Source of the DNA: Selaginella moellendorffii
Taxonomy: Eukaryota > Plantae > Lycopodiophyta
Direction of reading: 5' to 3'
DNA length: 64,000 bases
Assembly: GCF_000143415.4 (NCBI RefSeq)
Contig: NW_003314289.1
Coordinates: forward strand, 846,035-910,034
Position numbers and translations under genes: made by a program. The notes beneath the pieces are model-generated. The model searched no databases and had not been told where the DNA came from. It saw nothing but the letters and a program-made list of their open reading frames with translations. Below, one piece after another: positions 39,184 to 51,179 of this stretch. The stretch's first letter is position 1. The number at the start of each line of letters is the position of its first letter.

Positions 39184-39560
39184 CCTCTCTCCAAGGCGTT
39201 AAGCGATACGTGATCTGTGGAGCAGCTCCAGCGAAAACACCACCCACAAAATGGACAACTGATCTCCTTTGCTCGGTCTTAGAATACAGGCTCCCTGGAG
39301 AAGGAAAACAAAATCACCAGTGCTCTCTCCGCGAAAGAAAAAAACACAGATAGAGCTTACTTGGATTTCTTGCCAGCGTCCAAGAGTTCCTTGTGCTTTC
39401 ATCGCAGAATCAACAAAAACCCTGGAAAGAAAGAAGAACAAGCATGAAAACGAGGCAATTCATCGAAATTCTTTCACCAGCATACTTCTCGATCTGTCCA
39501 TAGAGCTGGAGGCTATCATTCTTTCCTTGAGGCTTCCCTTGGAACTCGAGGAGCTAGAAA
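39184..39560 (-). pseudogene. Truncated, frameshifted DUF1350 (alpha/beta-hydrolase-like) gene
   Basis: LQLYGQIEK|VFVDSAMKAQGTLGRWQEIQ|GACILRPSKGD-(frameshift)-VVHFVGGVFAGAAPQITYRL-(deletion)-RLGE. No downstream exons visible. Confidence 0.78.
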
Positions 39561-39920
39561 ACCTGGGATTGTCTCGTCGCCGGTGCCGCGGTAGCGAATC
39601 CAGTGCCTGCCCTGGCAGAAGAAGCTCCGCAGTCGGGAAGGGTCGACAGCAGCCACGACACTTTCAAACACCAAAAACCCTCGAAATATTTCCATTGGAG
39701 CGGAGCTAGCTCGTCTAGATGGTCATTCTTCCTAGGGTTCTGGAGATGAGAAGCGATCGATGCAACAATCGACCGAAGAGGAAGAGGAAGAGGAGCTGCG
39801 CAGCTGCGTCGTGGATTATAGTCCACCCACTGCTAGGCCTAGAATCGAGCGCGAGGTAGAAGAAGGAACGATCATCACCTCAAGCTCTACCAGGTTCGCC
39901 TCCAAGATCAGCACCAGAAA

Positions 39921-40310
39921 TTGACACTGGAGATTACCCGCGTGGAGGAGGAGCCAGATCCTGCTCCAGTGGCTGCTCCATCCCAGGAAGAAGACGATGG
40001 ATTCCATCTCTTTGGGAAAGCTCCGGCCGGGATAACGATGATAGAGAGAGTCAGGGATGGATCTCTAGAGCACAGGGCTAGCAGCAAGCGCTACATTCAC
40101 AGTACAAGGGGGTGGTTTTCTAGTGGCAGGAACTCGTTAGAGAATGTAGTGATCGATGCTGAGAGTGTGAGAGTAGAGGCTGAGAAGGCGGGAGAGAAGG
40201 CTCTGGCGGAATTGAAGGATAGATTTTCTAGAAAGGAAGAAGCCATCGCTAGAGAGAACTCGAGGGTGGCGGCACTGAAACAAGTCAGGGGTGAGAAGTG
40301 GATTTGGTAG
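39921..40310 (+). CDS. Hypothetical protein fragment (acidic then coiled-coil-like)
   Basis: 129-codon purine-rich ORF with protein-like composition. Start and family uncertain. Confidence 0.3.
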   Translation: MTLEITRVEEEPDPAPVAAPSQEEDDGFHLFGKAPAGITMIERVRDGSLEHRASSKRYIHSTRGWFSSGRNSLENVVIDAESVRVEAEKAGEKALAELKDRFSRKEEAIARENSRVAALKQVRGEKWIW

Positions 40311-40474
40311 CTCAATTCATGTTCTTCATCAGAGAGAGAAGCCTTCTCGAAGGAGCAGCGATCAAGTTCACTAATGTAAGTTATTGATTTTTGACAATCC
40401 TGGGAGAAACTATTTCTTTCTCGTATTCCTTGTGCTAAGCATGACACGATGGGAACTTACAGGTTCTCAGATTT

Positions 40475-43043
40475 TTATACATTTGCTTTAAGAACCCAGA
40501 CCGAATCAGTCAACCACTCTTTGAGATACAAAGACACGTTGTTGCCACCAATCACTCCACATAATGGCTGTATCGCCCCCTCAACTCCTTGCCGTTTCGC
40601 CCCCTCAACCTTTTGCCGTTTCTGTGGGGAAAACCACCCATCACTAGGGAGTTGACTGGTAAAATAGTTGAAACCAGACTGTTCCAGATCCTCCTCCGTA
40701 TGAGGCAAAACTGCCAGTTGCAGGAGTCCATTTTCTGAAGCAAGATCTATAAGCCTGTTCAAACCTCCATCTTCTTTCTTCCTGCATTTCATCAAATCGA
40801 GAGCACTTGAAACTCCACCCTGAGTAGCCGCATCAGTCTTGGATTTCATATGTAATAAGCAAGGAATGAGCCGCCGCTTGGACCCATAGTCATTGGTGAG
40901 AAAAAACAACGCGTCTGGACGAAAGCCACCCCAGCCACCATCACCAGTCCAGAGAAGCGTTGGAAATGCGTCAGCCTGCCTTTCAACGTCGTGGAGATAC
41001 TTCTCAAGTGTATAACAGTCAGCGCCATGGGTGTGACTTTTACCGCACATCTTTGTCACAACTTCCGTTGCAACCCGTGCTTTCACCACCTTTGCCTTCT
41101 CAAAATATATTGCGGGAACTTCAAAAGTGCTGTTGCGCAGTTCCACACTGCGATTCCGAAGAAAGCGAGAAACGAAGTCTACAGGAGCCTTTCCGTCCAA
41201 TGCCTCAGCTAGCCTTTCAAACTCAAGACCCACTGTCGCATCGCTGCCTTGGCCCTTGGCTTTAAACTGCTGCTGAAATAACTCACCGAAGCCTGTTGGC
41301 CGACTACAAAAGTAATGAAAAAGAGCTCGCAAGACAGCAGGTTCCTGAAGTTTGATCCAAGTGTCTCTATCCTGCTTTGCAAAGAACTTATCCAAGTCCT
41401 CCAACGCAACACTGTTTTCCGTGCTTAGCCAGGCTAACCTGGACTCCACAAGGCTCAGAGACGGATTGTTGATGTTGAGTATAGTGGATATGGACCCAAA
41501 CATCTGGTGATACACTATCACCTCTAGCTCCTTGAGCGCTGCAGCATTCCGAGTGCTTTCAAAAAACAGCTCCACATCCCTCAGAACCGTCTCATCCATG
41601 TAGACTTCCAATCCTGATGTGTTTGGTACACCTCCCAGAGAACGACTGATTGTACTTGAGGTGCATATCTTCTCAAAAAAGTCGATCAGAAATTCTGTTG
41701 CCTGCTCCAAGGGGCGCTTGCTCCCAATGAAATGCTCAAGTGCTGTGACAAAGAACCTGTACCTCCCTTTGTACAAATCACAGACCCTCTGCATATCAAT
41801 ACCATCCACACTTTGGAGCAGTTTGCCAGCATAGAGCTTGAAGTCCTCAACAGTGATGAATCCACCAAATCCATGAAAGACAACAACAGAAGCTTTCCCC
41901 TTCAGAGTGGCAGAGATATCCCGTGCCACAGTAAGCATCCTAGCCCCGGTGCCTGCATAGTAGAATTGTCGAAATCCACTATTTATCAGCGCCGGCACGA
42001 GAATATCTAGGAACGATCTCGTACCACTTCCAAGAGTTATCGAAGAAAATCGCTTTTCCAACCAGCGGTTTATCATCTTGCACTCGTCAAATATGATTGG
42101 ACTATTCCACTTCCCTATTAAACGATCCCTCCCTATTAAACGATCGAGTACCTCCTGGAACTGACCTTCAATGGGTTTCAAATCGTCTTTAGTTCGTATA
42201 AGGTCTAAAAGTCTACCAGTGAGCGCCTTGAACGGATCTTTGAAGTTGTACAAGTACTCGAGCGAAGGCAATGCAACCTGCTTGAAGAGCCATGCTTGAC
42301 CTGTCAAATAGCCCGTTTTCTCCAGCTGCCCCAGCAAATAAAACCTGCTAATGAGCAAAGCTTTGAGACAGACTGCAGCACTAACTTCTGGAATATCTCC
42401 AGTTGGATACAGCTCCAGCAACTTTGATGCCACTAACTTGAGATCTCCTGAACCTTCAGCTCCAATACCAGTGTCGGAGATCCCCACAAAGAAGAGCCCA
42501 CGCTGCGCTACAGCGATCTCATACAATGTCCTGGTCTTCCCTGATCCCCGCACGTTGAAGAGAACGGTGAGGGTCGGCTGCGCTTTGGAGGTTCCCTCCA
42601 GGATACGCTTGGATGCTTCGAAAGGCTGGTCTAGTGCATGCCACAAGAGGCGGGGGCATTCATCTGTAGGATCTTTTGGCAGTGGGACTTTACACGTTGG
42701 GAAATCCGCCAGAAACGCATCCGCCTTGGGATATTCAAGGTTTGGCTTGCGCAACTCATGCCAAAACCTATCCAAGAGACTCTCTATATTTGCCACAGTC
42801 GCTCTGACTGGTTCTGCAAGAAACAAGTCAAAAATTTGCAAAAGAAACGCGCCTGGGGACCCAAAAAGGGACCAAGAGATCTAAAAAGGAAAGACAAACA
42901 ATAGGCTTACCCTTCGACTTCAGTAGCTGCTCCTTCTCCTTGCGCAGCTGCTCCTCCTTGTCGCGCAGCTGCTCCTCCTTGTTGCGCAGCTGCTCTTCCT
43001 TGTTGCGCAGCTGCTCCTCCTTCTTGACCAAGCGCTTCCATGG
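40475..43043 (-). CDS. Crinkler/RHS (CR)-type effector-like protein: coiled-coil header + P-loop NTPase + PD-(D/E)xK nuclease
   Basis: Walker A LFNVRGSGKTRTL, GSGDL, Walker B IIFDEC, GRYRFF, GLEFERL and RPDALFFL..LLHMK. Intron 42910-42814 joins the (KEEQLRN/D)n exon in frame. The 5' start is ambiguous. Confidence 0.72.
42925..43025 (-). repeat. 21-nt tandem repeat (about 4.5 units) encoding KEEQLR(N/D) heptads
   Basis: AAGGAGGAGCAGCTGCGCAAC-type units on the - strand. Confidence 0.9.
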
Positions 43044-43224
43044 CTGCGAAACCCTAGCCTTTAATGGTCAAATATTCCTTACTGCAAGAAATATGATCAT
43101 TTGTTCTAACATTATAAACTTGAAAGCTGCCCTTGCTGGCCAGATCTTGTCGATCCTATTGAACAAATTCGTTGAACCTTAACAAATTTCTTGTAATTTT
43201 GAGCGTATGAAAACAGTCCGTACC

Positions 43225-43286
43225 AGGGGTGTAGCTCAACTGGTAGAGCATGCAATAGATAAGGGGATTGATGCCCCTCTCCTCCA
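43225..43286 (+). pseudogene. tRNA-Ala-derived pseudogene (or SINE head) lacking most of the anticodon arm
   Basis: AGGGGTGTAGCTCAACTGGTAGAGC-ATGCAATAGATAAGGGGATTGATGCCCCTCTCCTCCA compared with plant tRNA-Ala GGGGATGTAGCTCAGATGGTAGAGC[GCTCGCTTAGC]ATGCGAGAGGTACGGGGATCGATACCCCGCATCTCCA (recalled consensus). Confidence 0.75.
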
Positions 43287-44579
43287 CTTCCAAAAATTAA
43301 TTGAAGATAATAGAGAGGAGAAATGCACTTGAAAAGAGGTCTAAAAGGAAAATCATTCACAAAAACAAAGTCAATCACAAAATGGGGGGGATCCTTGTGT
43401 GATTCCATGCTCTCAACAGATGCACACTGATTGTGAGGTGAAATATGCGGCTGTTTTAACTAAGACAACCATAGCAAAACCTAAAATACTATTTAATATA
43501 ATTGAAAAACCTGTGAGAAGTTATTAATTTAATAGATAAAGTAGAAATTTGTAATTATAAACATGTTTATAATTTATAAACACAAGACTAATTTTTCAAC
43601 CAGTAGGGGTGGTAGAATAAACTAGAATATACTATACAGTGTTTGAATAAAAACCATTTAGAATTCCTAGAATTTCCAAACATCTTCTAGGTAGTTCAGT
43701 TTCCTTAAGAAAAGCAAAAATATAAATTATTATTTATACCTTTTAACTTATCCCTCTATAAATATTATCTTTTATATATATATATATATATAATAATTCA
43801 TGTATAATTTGTATTGTGTGAATGTTTCAATAAAAATTTCTAGAACCCTAAAATCAATAGCAATTGATAATAGATAAATAGAACATTAATATCAAATTAT
43901 ATATATTTTCAACATTTAAATTAAGATGGTTATTTAATATACATATGTTATAGGGATGTAGAGTTTCATACTATAAAAATGCTATAACTCATATATGTTA
44001 GAGTTGAGTTTATTTTTATAATTGCTATGACCTGATGATGCTAAGTCATAGGATTCATATTTGACAAATAAAGTGCTCTTTGCTTATTTAAGAAATTATA
44101 TCAAAGTTACAACAAGTGGGATTACAAGTTTATAAGGTTTATTATAATATATTTTCTAGATATTATGCATGTGTAATAGTTGAAACACTTCATACAAAGG
44201 AATTAAGAATAAATTACAATGTTTGAGGCATTGTAATAACAAATTACAATGTCTCCATCTGATATTCCTTCATATCTTGGCCCATTGACTAATTATTTTT
44301 CCTCTTTATGAAATACAATATTGATAATTATTAAATTTGATTCAATCTAAACCATTCACTCTTATAAATAAGCTAAAGTTTTGGTGCACACTTATGTATT
44401 ATAGGCTATGCTGGCATATGATATTACATACTTTAATATGTTGATTTACTATCCTAATTGTGGACTAGATCCATATAAAATATACTACTAAATTACAAAC
44501 ACGCTGAAGTTTAGTTGTTAATGACAACAACTTTCACTTTAGTTATTATTAGCCAAGCCCTTGCCATTGTCATCCCTGC

Positions 44580-45560
44580 ATCAACTTGTTCTATCCTTAT
44601 AATAGAATGAAATCATTTCTATAAAGATGATATTAATGTTAACAAGTGTGGGTTTAATAATTGAATCCTAAAGTTTATATCCTTTCATTCCTCATTATTA
44701 GCATAGCTAATGAAGATAAATTTTTTGCTCTTAGGATCAAGCTTTTTACATAGTTGATCTGGGACTTGAGTAAAAGTTGTGCAGCCAAACATGTGAAAAT
44801 GAGATATTCTAGGCTTTCTTTCAACTAGACTTCTTTTAAAATTTACTTGCATTTGAGTATAATAGTGGGCAATTAGTTTTGAATATACATTGTTAGAGCA
44901 ATTGCCTCTTACCAAAATTCTTGCCCAACTTTACACCAAAAAGGAGGCTATGTGCTACATTCACTAATATGTGATTCTTCTACTTCACATGATATTCAAT
45001 CTGATATGCATAACAAAAATTACAAAGGGCATTATTAAGGTATTCCTTTCCTCCTCCGGTTTGTAATGCTTTAATTTTTCATTTGAGTTTTATTTCAACA
45101 AAAGTTATATAATGTTTGAAGGCTTTCATAGATTCATCCTTTCCTCATAAGAAGAAGATGTAAGTCTTATGGCTAAAATTATCAATGAGAGTCATAAAGT
45201 ATTTCGTACCAAAATAGTTGGGAATATCTATAGGCATATATAAATCAGAGTGAACAAGTTCAAGTGGCTGACTGGTCTAACATTATAACGAAGAAAAGTT
45301 TTGATAGTGATGTTTGTCTAGCACGTAAGACTCATAAAAGTTTCATATATTCTCAAAATCTAAAAACACCACTATATCCTTTGGATCTAACTCTTGCAAA
45401 GCTTTAGATTCGCATGTCTAAAGTGACAATGTTAGATATGAGCTTTGTCATTAGACACCTACTTAACATTCGTCACACGTTGCTCATAAAAGGATACTTG
45501 ATAGAGATTCTCTTGATGTTGGTGCATGTTTTATACATCATCTCACTATTAAATGTGCTT
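44580..45560 (-). mobile_element. Ty1/copia remnant (GAG-pre-integrase/integrase)
   Basis: PLELVHSDL, YFMTLIDNFSHKTYIFF and HMFGCTTFTQVPDQLCKKLDPKSKKFIFISY, with many stops. Confidence 0.85.
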
Positions 45561-45614
45561 AAAACATAATAAGAAACTCCTCTATAGCGAAAACTTAATA
45601 GATCATACCCTTAT

Positions 45615-45739
45615 TATGGGAAGAAAGGTATATACCCTCTGGCGTAGAATATCCTCTCTCATGCTTAGAATATTCCCTAGAGAAAATATTTAGAGAATCT
45701 CTATAAGGAATATTTAGAGCATCTCTATGCTCCAAGATG
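45615..45739 (+). repeat. ~125-bp repeat, inverted relative to 49457-49583 (probable small LTR fragment)
   Basis: GGGAAGAAAGGTATATACC...AGAATATCCTCTCTCA..CTTAGAATATT..AATATTTAGAGAATCTC recurs as a reverse complement at 49457-49583. Confidence 0.8.
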
Positions 45740-47849
45740 CTCTACAACAAATAACTATAAATGAATCAAGTAGCTCTTTATCACAAATAGAACCCATGAC
45801 TTACAATTGTAAAAGTTAGCAGTCAAAGACAAAATATATACCCAAGAGAGGTAACTGTGGAAAGGGAATGAAACAACAACACCTCTATCCTTTTTATTTT
45901 TCTTGGAGTTTAAAGACAAAAGGAGAAAACTTCATACTCAAACTAAACCTTTGGTCCAGATAGAAAAAGAGTGAGAATGTGAAGAAAAAATTAGAAAAAA
46001 GTGAGAAAACACAAAAAAAATTAGAAGAAACAAGAGAAAGATGGAAAAATCAAAGCCCAAGTTAGAAACTTAAACCTAGATTATAACCTCTAAAATTCTT
46101 AAACCCCCAATAAGTATTCCAAATCTCCCCAAAGTTTTGCCATGGAATGGAAGTGTGTTGCCCAATGATGGAAAGTGCGAAAAAGTGTGATAATAGAGGG
46201 AAATGGGTGGAAAGATGAGTGTTTTAAGGCATGAAAGTATTAGTGCTTAGTCAAAAAAAATGCTAGCAATAATCCGTGATAAAAAGCTCTTTAAATGACT
46301 AGCTAAATTGTGCCAAAACTAGAACTCAACAATGACATACCAAGAAATGCAACAAACCAAAGTATATTTTCTGAAAGAAGTTGCTAGAAGTTAAAAGAAA
46401 TAGGTGGGAAAATAAGTTGCACCATGGAACAAATTTGGATGCTTGTGCATAAGGCCCAACCAGCCACTAAAGCCTCTACTTCCACTGCTACATGTGTCAA
46501 AATTGTAGTATGCAAGAAGGTCACTGTTATAAGTTGGAAATGATTGTGTTTCTCCTACTGAAACTTTGCTAGATGATGGAGGCCATCTATATCAATACTC
46601 TATGCCCATAAATTACTGAAGAATGCTGAGCTAAACCATGGTACCAAGTGGAAAAATGAAAGAGGTAATGTGGAAAAAACAAGCAATGGTGTAGGAAATG
46701 AATGGAAATGCAAAAAATGATTATGAAAAGTAGAGCGAAATGGGAAGGAAGGTGTAATGAAAGTGATGTAAGGATAAAGTGGAATAACAATAGTAAAATC
46801 TAGAAAAACTTGAGCTTCTAGATGATTGAGTTTAATGCTATATGGAGAAACTATGCCCATGCACAAGTTTACATGTGACGAACTTGGGACCTAGAGATAA
46901 AATAAAAAAAATTTAAAATGAAAGAAAAAAGAAAAGAAAAAGCTAGACAAAAGAAAAGAGTAAAGAGAATGAAAAAAGTGTGAATAGCAATTTAGCAAGG
47001 CCTTGTATGATGAAAAGGTGTATGATGATGTCTCTAGAGGCCTAAGAAGGTTGGAAATTCCAACATGTCTCATGTTAGAGCTGGCTAAGCTAAGTTGTCA
47101 TAGATGTTAAAGTCTAAAACTTGCATTGTTGTCCTAAAAGCCACAATGATGTTGCACTTAAGTAGCTTTGAATAATAGATGAAGGTGCTAATGACAAGCT
47201 AGGGTTGCTTATAGAAGTCTAGGGGTTATGCAAAGCTTGAAAGTTGAACCAAAAGCCAAGTGGAAAGCTCAAAGTTAAAGAAGCCACACTCTTTGTATCA
47301 TGTTGTGTTAAAAAGTGCCATGATGTCTAGAAGTCCTACTAAAGAGGCACTAAAGTCATGAAAAAGTTATAGAGTGTTTGCATTTGCCACGTTCATCGCT
47401 ATGAAACCATCAAAACAACAAGGTGTTCTAATTGACTGCTACAAGTGTGGATGGTTATGGCCCATAGCCGAGTGTGGCTGAAAAGAGTTGTTGCTCTAAG
47501 TTGAAGTAAGAAAAATATATTAAAGTTGTGTAAATGCCACCTTGTAGAATCTTGGGATTTACAAGCTTAAAACTCCTATGTAACACATCCAAACTTGTTG
47601 ATAACAAGATGGAGAGTAACTAGAAGAGTCTCTTAAGTGTTATTGTGAAATTTTTATGCCAAAAATATAGAAAAACTTGCCATTTGGGATGGAATAAAAG
47701 TCATGTTGAGCATCCATAGTAAAGTATATAGAGCCCAGAAAGGTATTTAAAATTTAGTGCACAAAAGATCACAATGGGGTGGATCCATTGCCTCCATAGT
47801 TAGCTAAAGAAAGTTTCTAATGAAAACTCTACTGTGGCACTAAATGCCA

Positions 47850-49450
47850 ACAATAACAAAAGATCGTTGTTTTCCAAGAGAAATCAATGTGCATTTGGCT
47901 TGGTGATCCCTAATGGGCTCCTCCATTGAGTCAGGAATGAGCTTAGCTTTAAATGACGAGGCCATACTCTCTAGAGGACTCTCCAACAAAGGACAGGTAT
48001 TCACAAGAAGTTCCACAATGCTTTCCTCCACAATTTCTTGGTTTTCTAGGAGTGACATAACTTTAGCATAAGTACTCTGAAACTCCTTTAGTAGCTATGG
48101 AAGAAAAAACATCCTTAGATCAATCACTAACTCTAAATCCTTTATAGTGGACATTTGGGGAATCTTCTGAATCTTGCCATATCTTGTGACTTGCTGATCC
48201 CAAACACATTCTGAATAGACTATGCCAATGTCGTCTAGATGAAAGAAATTGATGTTATTGCACTCTACCACCATAGTCTCTAGCAACTATATCGTAAAAG
48301 GAATCTATGATAAAGGAGCATCCAGTTGTATGTGTGATGGATCTAGAGGCTCTAATATGGAGTCCTCCTCATCTCTCCAAGAATGCTTCTACTCTGGGTA
48401 ATCATAAACTTTCAGCTTGGGCAAACTCTCATTGTAAAAAAGTTTCGGAAAAACCACAAGTAAATCATTATATTTTTGTGCTTCCACATACTCACCCACA
48501 CTCATTGAGAAGAGTTGCTTGTGTCTTGCCATCTAAAATCATCATAGTGCCCAAGCATAAACATGTTTTGTAGTCCACTACTTCATGTCAAGACCAACTA
48601 AAGATGACATAGTCTCCACTGTGTGAAGCTTTAGTAGCCCCATAATCAACCACTAAGAAATCAAGCACAACATCCACACCTTGGATTGAAATATGTACAT
48701 CTTTGCAAATACTCGCTAAGACAACGGTATGATTGGCAAAAGTTTTGAGCACAACTCTAGTAGTAGAAAAGATCTTTAGGCCAAAGTGGTGCAAGAGGTG
48801 TAAAGAAATGACATTGCTCCCAGATTCGGAGTGCTCCATTTATCTTATTCCCAACAATCATGATTGGCATGACAAAGACCCCTAGATCTGGTTGAATTGG
48901 ATAATCCACCAGCTCCACCTGATCATTGGTAGGGGCTAGAGAAGCATTATGGGTAGTTTGCAAGTGAGAAAACTAGTCCATTTTGTCAGCCAAGCCTGGG
49001 ACACATTGGAGCAAGTTACCAAGAGAAGCCTAGAGTTGAAGAGTTTGAATCTGCTCCAAAAAGTGTGTTGGCTATGAGGCACATTCCCTTTTAGTTGAGG
49101 AGAAACAACAAGAACTATAGCTGCCACTGTAGATGCCCATAGGAAGGGCAATTGCACTAGTATTCGAATAGGTTTGGTACTTGAGCTTGGCTAAGTCTAT
49201 GTTTGCTCCATCTCAATTGTGGTAGAGATGTGCTTCTTCTTGCCACCTCTTGTGATAATTGCAACAGTGGTTATTGTGTTAACCCTTGCGATTGCCTTGC
49301 CACAATCTTGCAACGTCAAAGAAGCTTTAATGGCCTTTTGTTGAGGTGCTACCTGGTAACCATCTGCCTGGAGGTTCGAGTTGTTTGCTAGTGGTTGAGT
49401 TATAGCTTGTTGTTGCTTCCTGGGACATTACTTTGGGTATAACTTCTAGC
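47850..49450 (-). mobile_element. Ty3/gypsy-like gag-protease remnant
   Basis: Degraded retropepsin-like segment SGSNVISLHLLHHFGL..LKTFANHTV..ICKDVHISIQGVDVVLDFLVV, with many stops. Confidence 0.6.
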
Positions 49451-49456
49451 AATATT

Positions 49457-49583
49457 CATCATTGTGGCATAAAGATTCTTTAAATATTCCTTGTGGAGAT
49501 TCTTTAAATATTCTCTTTAATGAATATTCTAAGTGTGAGAGAGGATATTCTATGTGGGATGGTATATACCTTTCTTCCCCACA
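49457..49583 (-). repeat. Second copy of the 45615-45739 repeat
   Basis: Reverse-complement match that begins TGTGGGGAAGAAAGG on the - strand. Confidence 0.8.
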
Positions 49584-51179
49584 AGTTCAAGGCATAATGT
49601 ATTGAGTTTTGGCTATGGAGGAGCTTTTTACTATGTTTTTTGCACATTTGAGAGCAAAATGGTGTGTAAAACATGCACCAAAATGGCAACTATAGTGGAA
49701 TGGGTCAATTCTTAGCCAGCCCATCCCATTTCCATGCATTTTCTTTCTTGTTCTTGAGAGTTGTGAGGAATTCAAGTATGATTTTTGTTCTTGGTGGTAA
49801 ATTTTGTGTCTAGGGGCACTTTGGGAGTCAGATGGGTTCTCTTAAGCATGGGATTTACTACCCTTCTCCTGAAATTCCTTTGTTTTCTTTAGGTTTTGGG
49901 ATTTATAGCTGAAAAATTTCATCCCCGTACTCTAGTTTCTTGTTTTTTGTTAAAATGAGTAGATGGGCTTGTAGATCTTATCATTTTCTATCTTTTGGCA
50001 TCACAAATCTCAAATTTAGCACAAAAATCAAAATATGCAAGGAGATTTGAGTTACATGCCAACAAAATTATATTTGGATATGTTATACGTCTTTAGAAGC
50101 TATCATTTCCATAGATATTTCTGGAGCCTAGTAGTTTTACTCCAATGATTTCTAGTGAGCTCTTTCTTGGTTGATTTGGTTCATTTATCTAGCAAATTCT
50201 TTTGTTGAGGATTTGAGCAATTCTTTTTCTTTGTCTCGCAGTTTCTAAAAGAATTTTATTGAATCTTTTTCTTCATTCCTAGAATGAAATTCATCTTTAT
50301 TTCATGAATTTTTGTGCTGTGTGTCAAAAGATCTAACATAATTTCTCTTTTGACATATATTATTCCCTTATTCTAAGCTCAAGGGTGACTCTCTTAGTTG
50401 TAGCATAAACTAGATTTTCAGTAGTGCATCTTAGACAAGAAATTGTCTTCCTGTTACAAATTCCAAGAGTGTACATTTGGATCTCAATATGGAGTAGTCT
50501 ACAAACCATTTTCTCCAACATGCTATAAATCAACCTATATTTGATCTTACTTCAAGGTTTCTCCCATAGGACCACATTGACAATTTTGCTTAGTATTACG
50601 CTTCCAATCATATCTTGACCGATGTAATATGCTACTTGGAGTTTATAAAATCATTGGTAGAGAAAGTGCAAGCTTGGGTGAGAGCTTTGGTAGAGAAGAG
50701 TGTGAGGATTTTCCCACATTGCTCACTTCTTTTCGTAAGGTTTTTGAGATTGAGAAGAGCTTAATCTAGCTATCTCAGCATATGTGATTAGGCTCAAACT
50801 AGGTGGCCAAGTGATGCCATTTCAAGTGCAATGACATGCATGACTATGGCATGGAAATTGAGAAGGATTTGATGTAAGAGCTAAGTGTTTCTAGTGTGGC
50901 AGAGATGCTTGGGCTGTCTCCTACTATGGTAGTGTATGCCATCTCCAAGACATAGCCACCTACCCCTACTTTGACACTATTCATCAGCACTAGCAACAAA
51001 CCCTTCTATTCCCGTCATCAATTCGGCCACATTGGAGCTTCAATAATATAAGGCTTTATTATTGCAACAACAGCAAAACTTCATATTCTAGGAACAGTAG
51101 TAAAAGCAAAAACTCTATGCTTTTAGGGTACAAGCCTCTTCTTGCAGACCATATTATTATTGTTCACATTGCAATTTTT

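Noticed and set aside
39921-40310. Remorin-like resemblance of RFSRKEEAIARENSR
   Set aside because: Conserved remorin Trp residues are absent, and the similarity may be generic coiled coil.
42925-43025. Repeat arrays here and at 52200-52472 and 62619-62715 as CRISPR-like
   Set aside because: Head-to-tail tandem repeats without a series of unique spacers, no cas genes, eukaryotic context.
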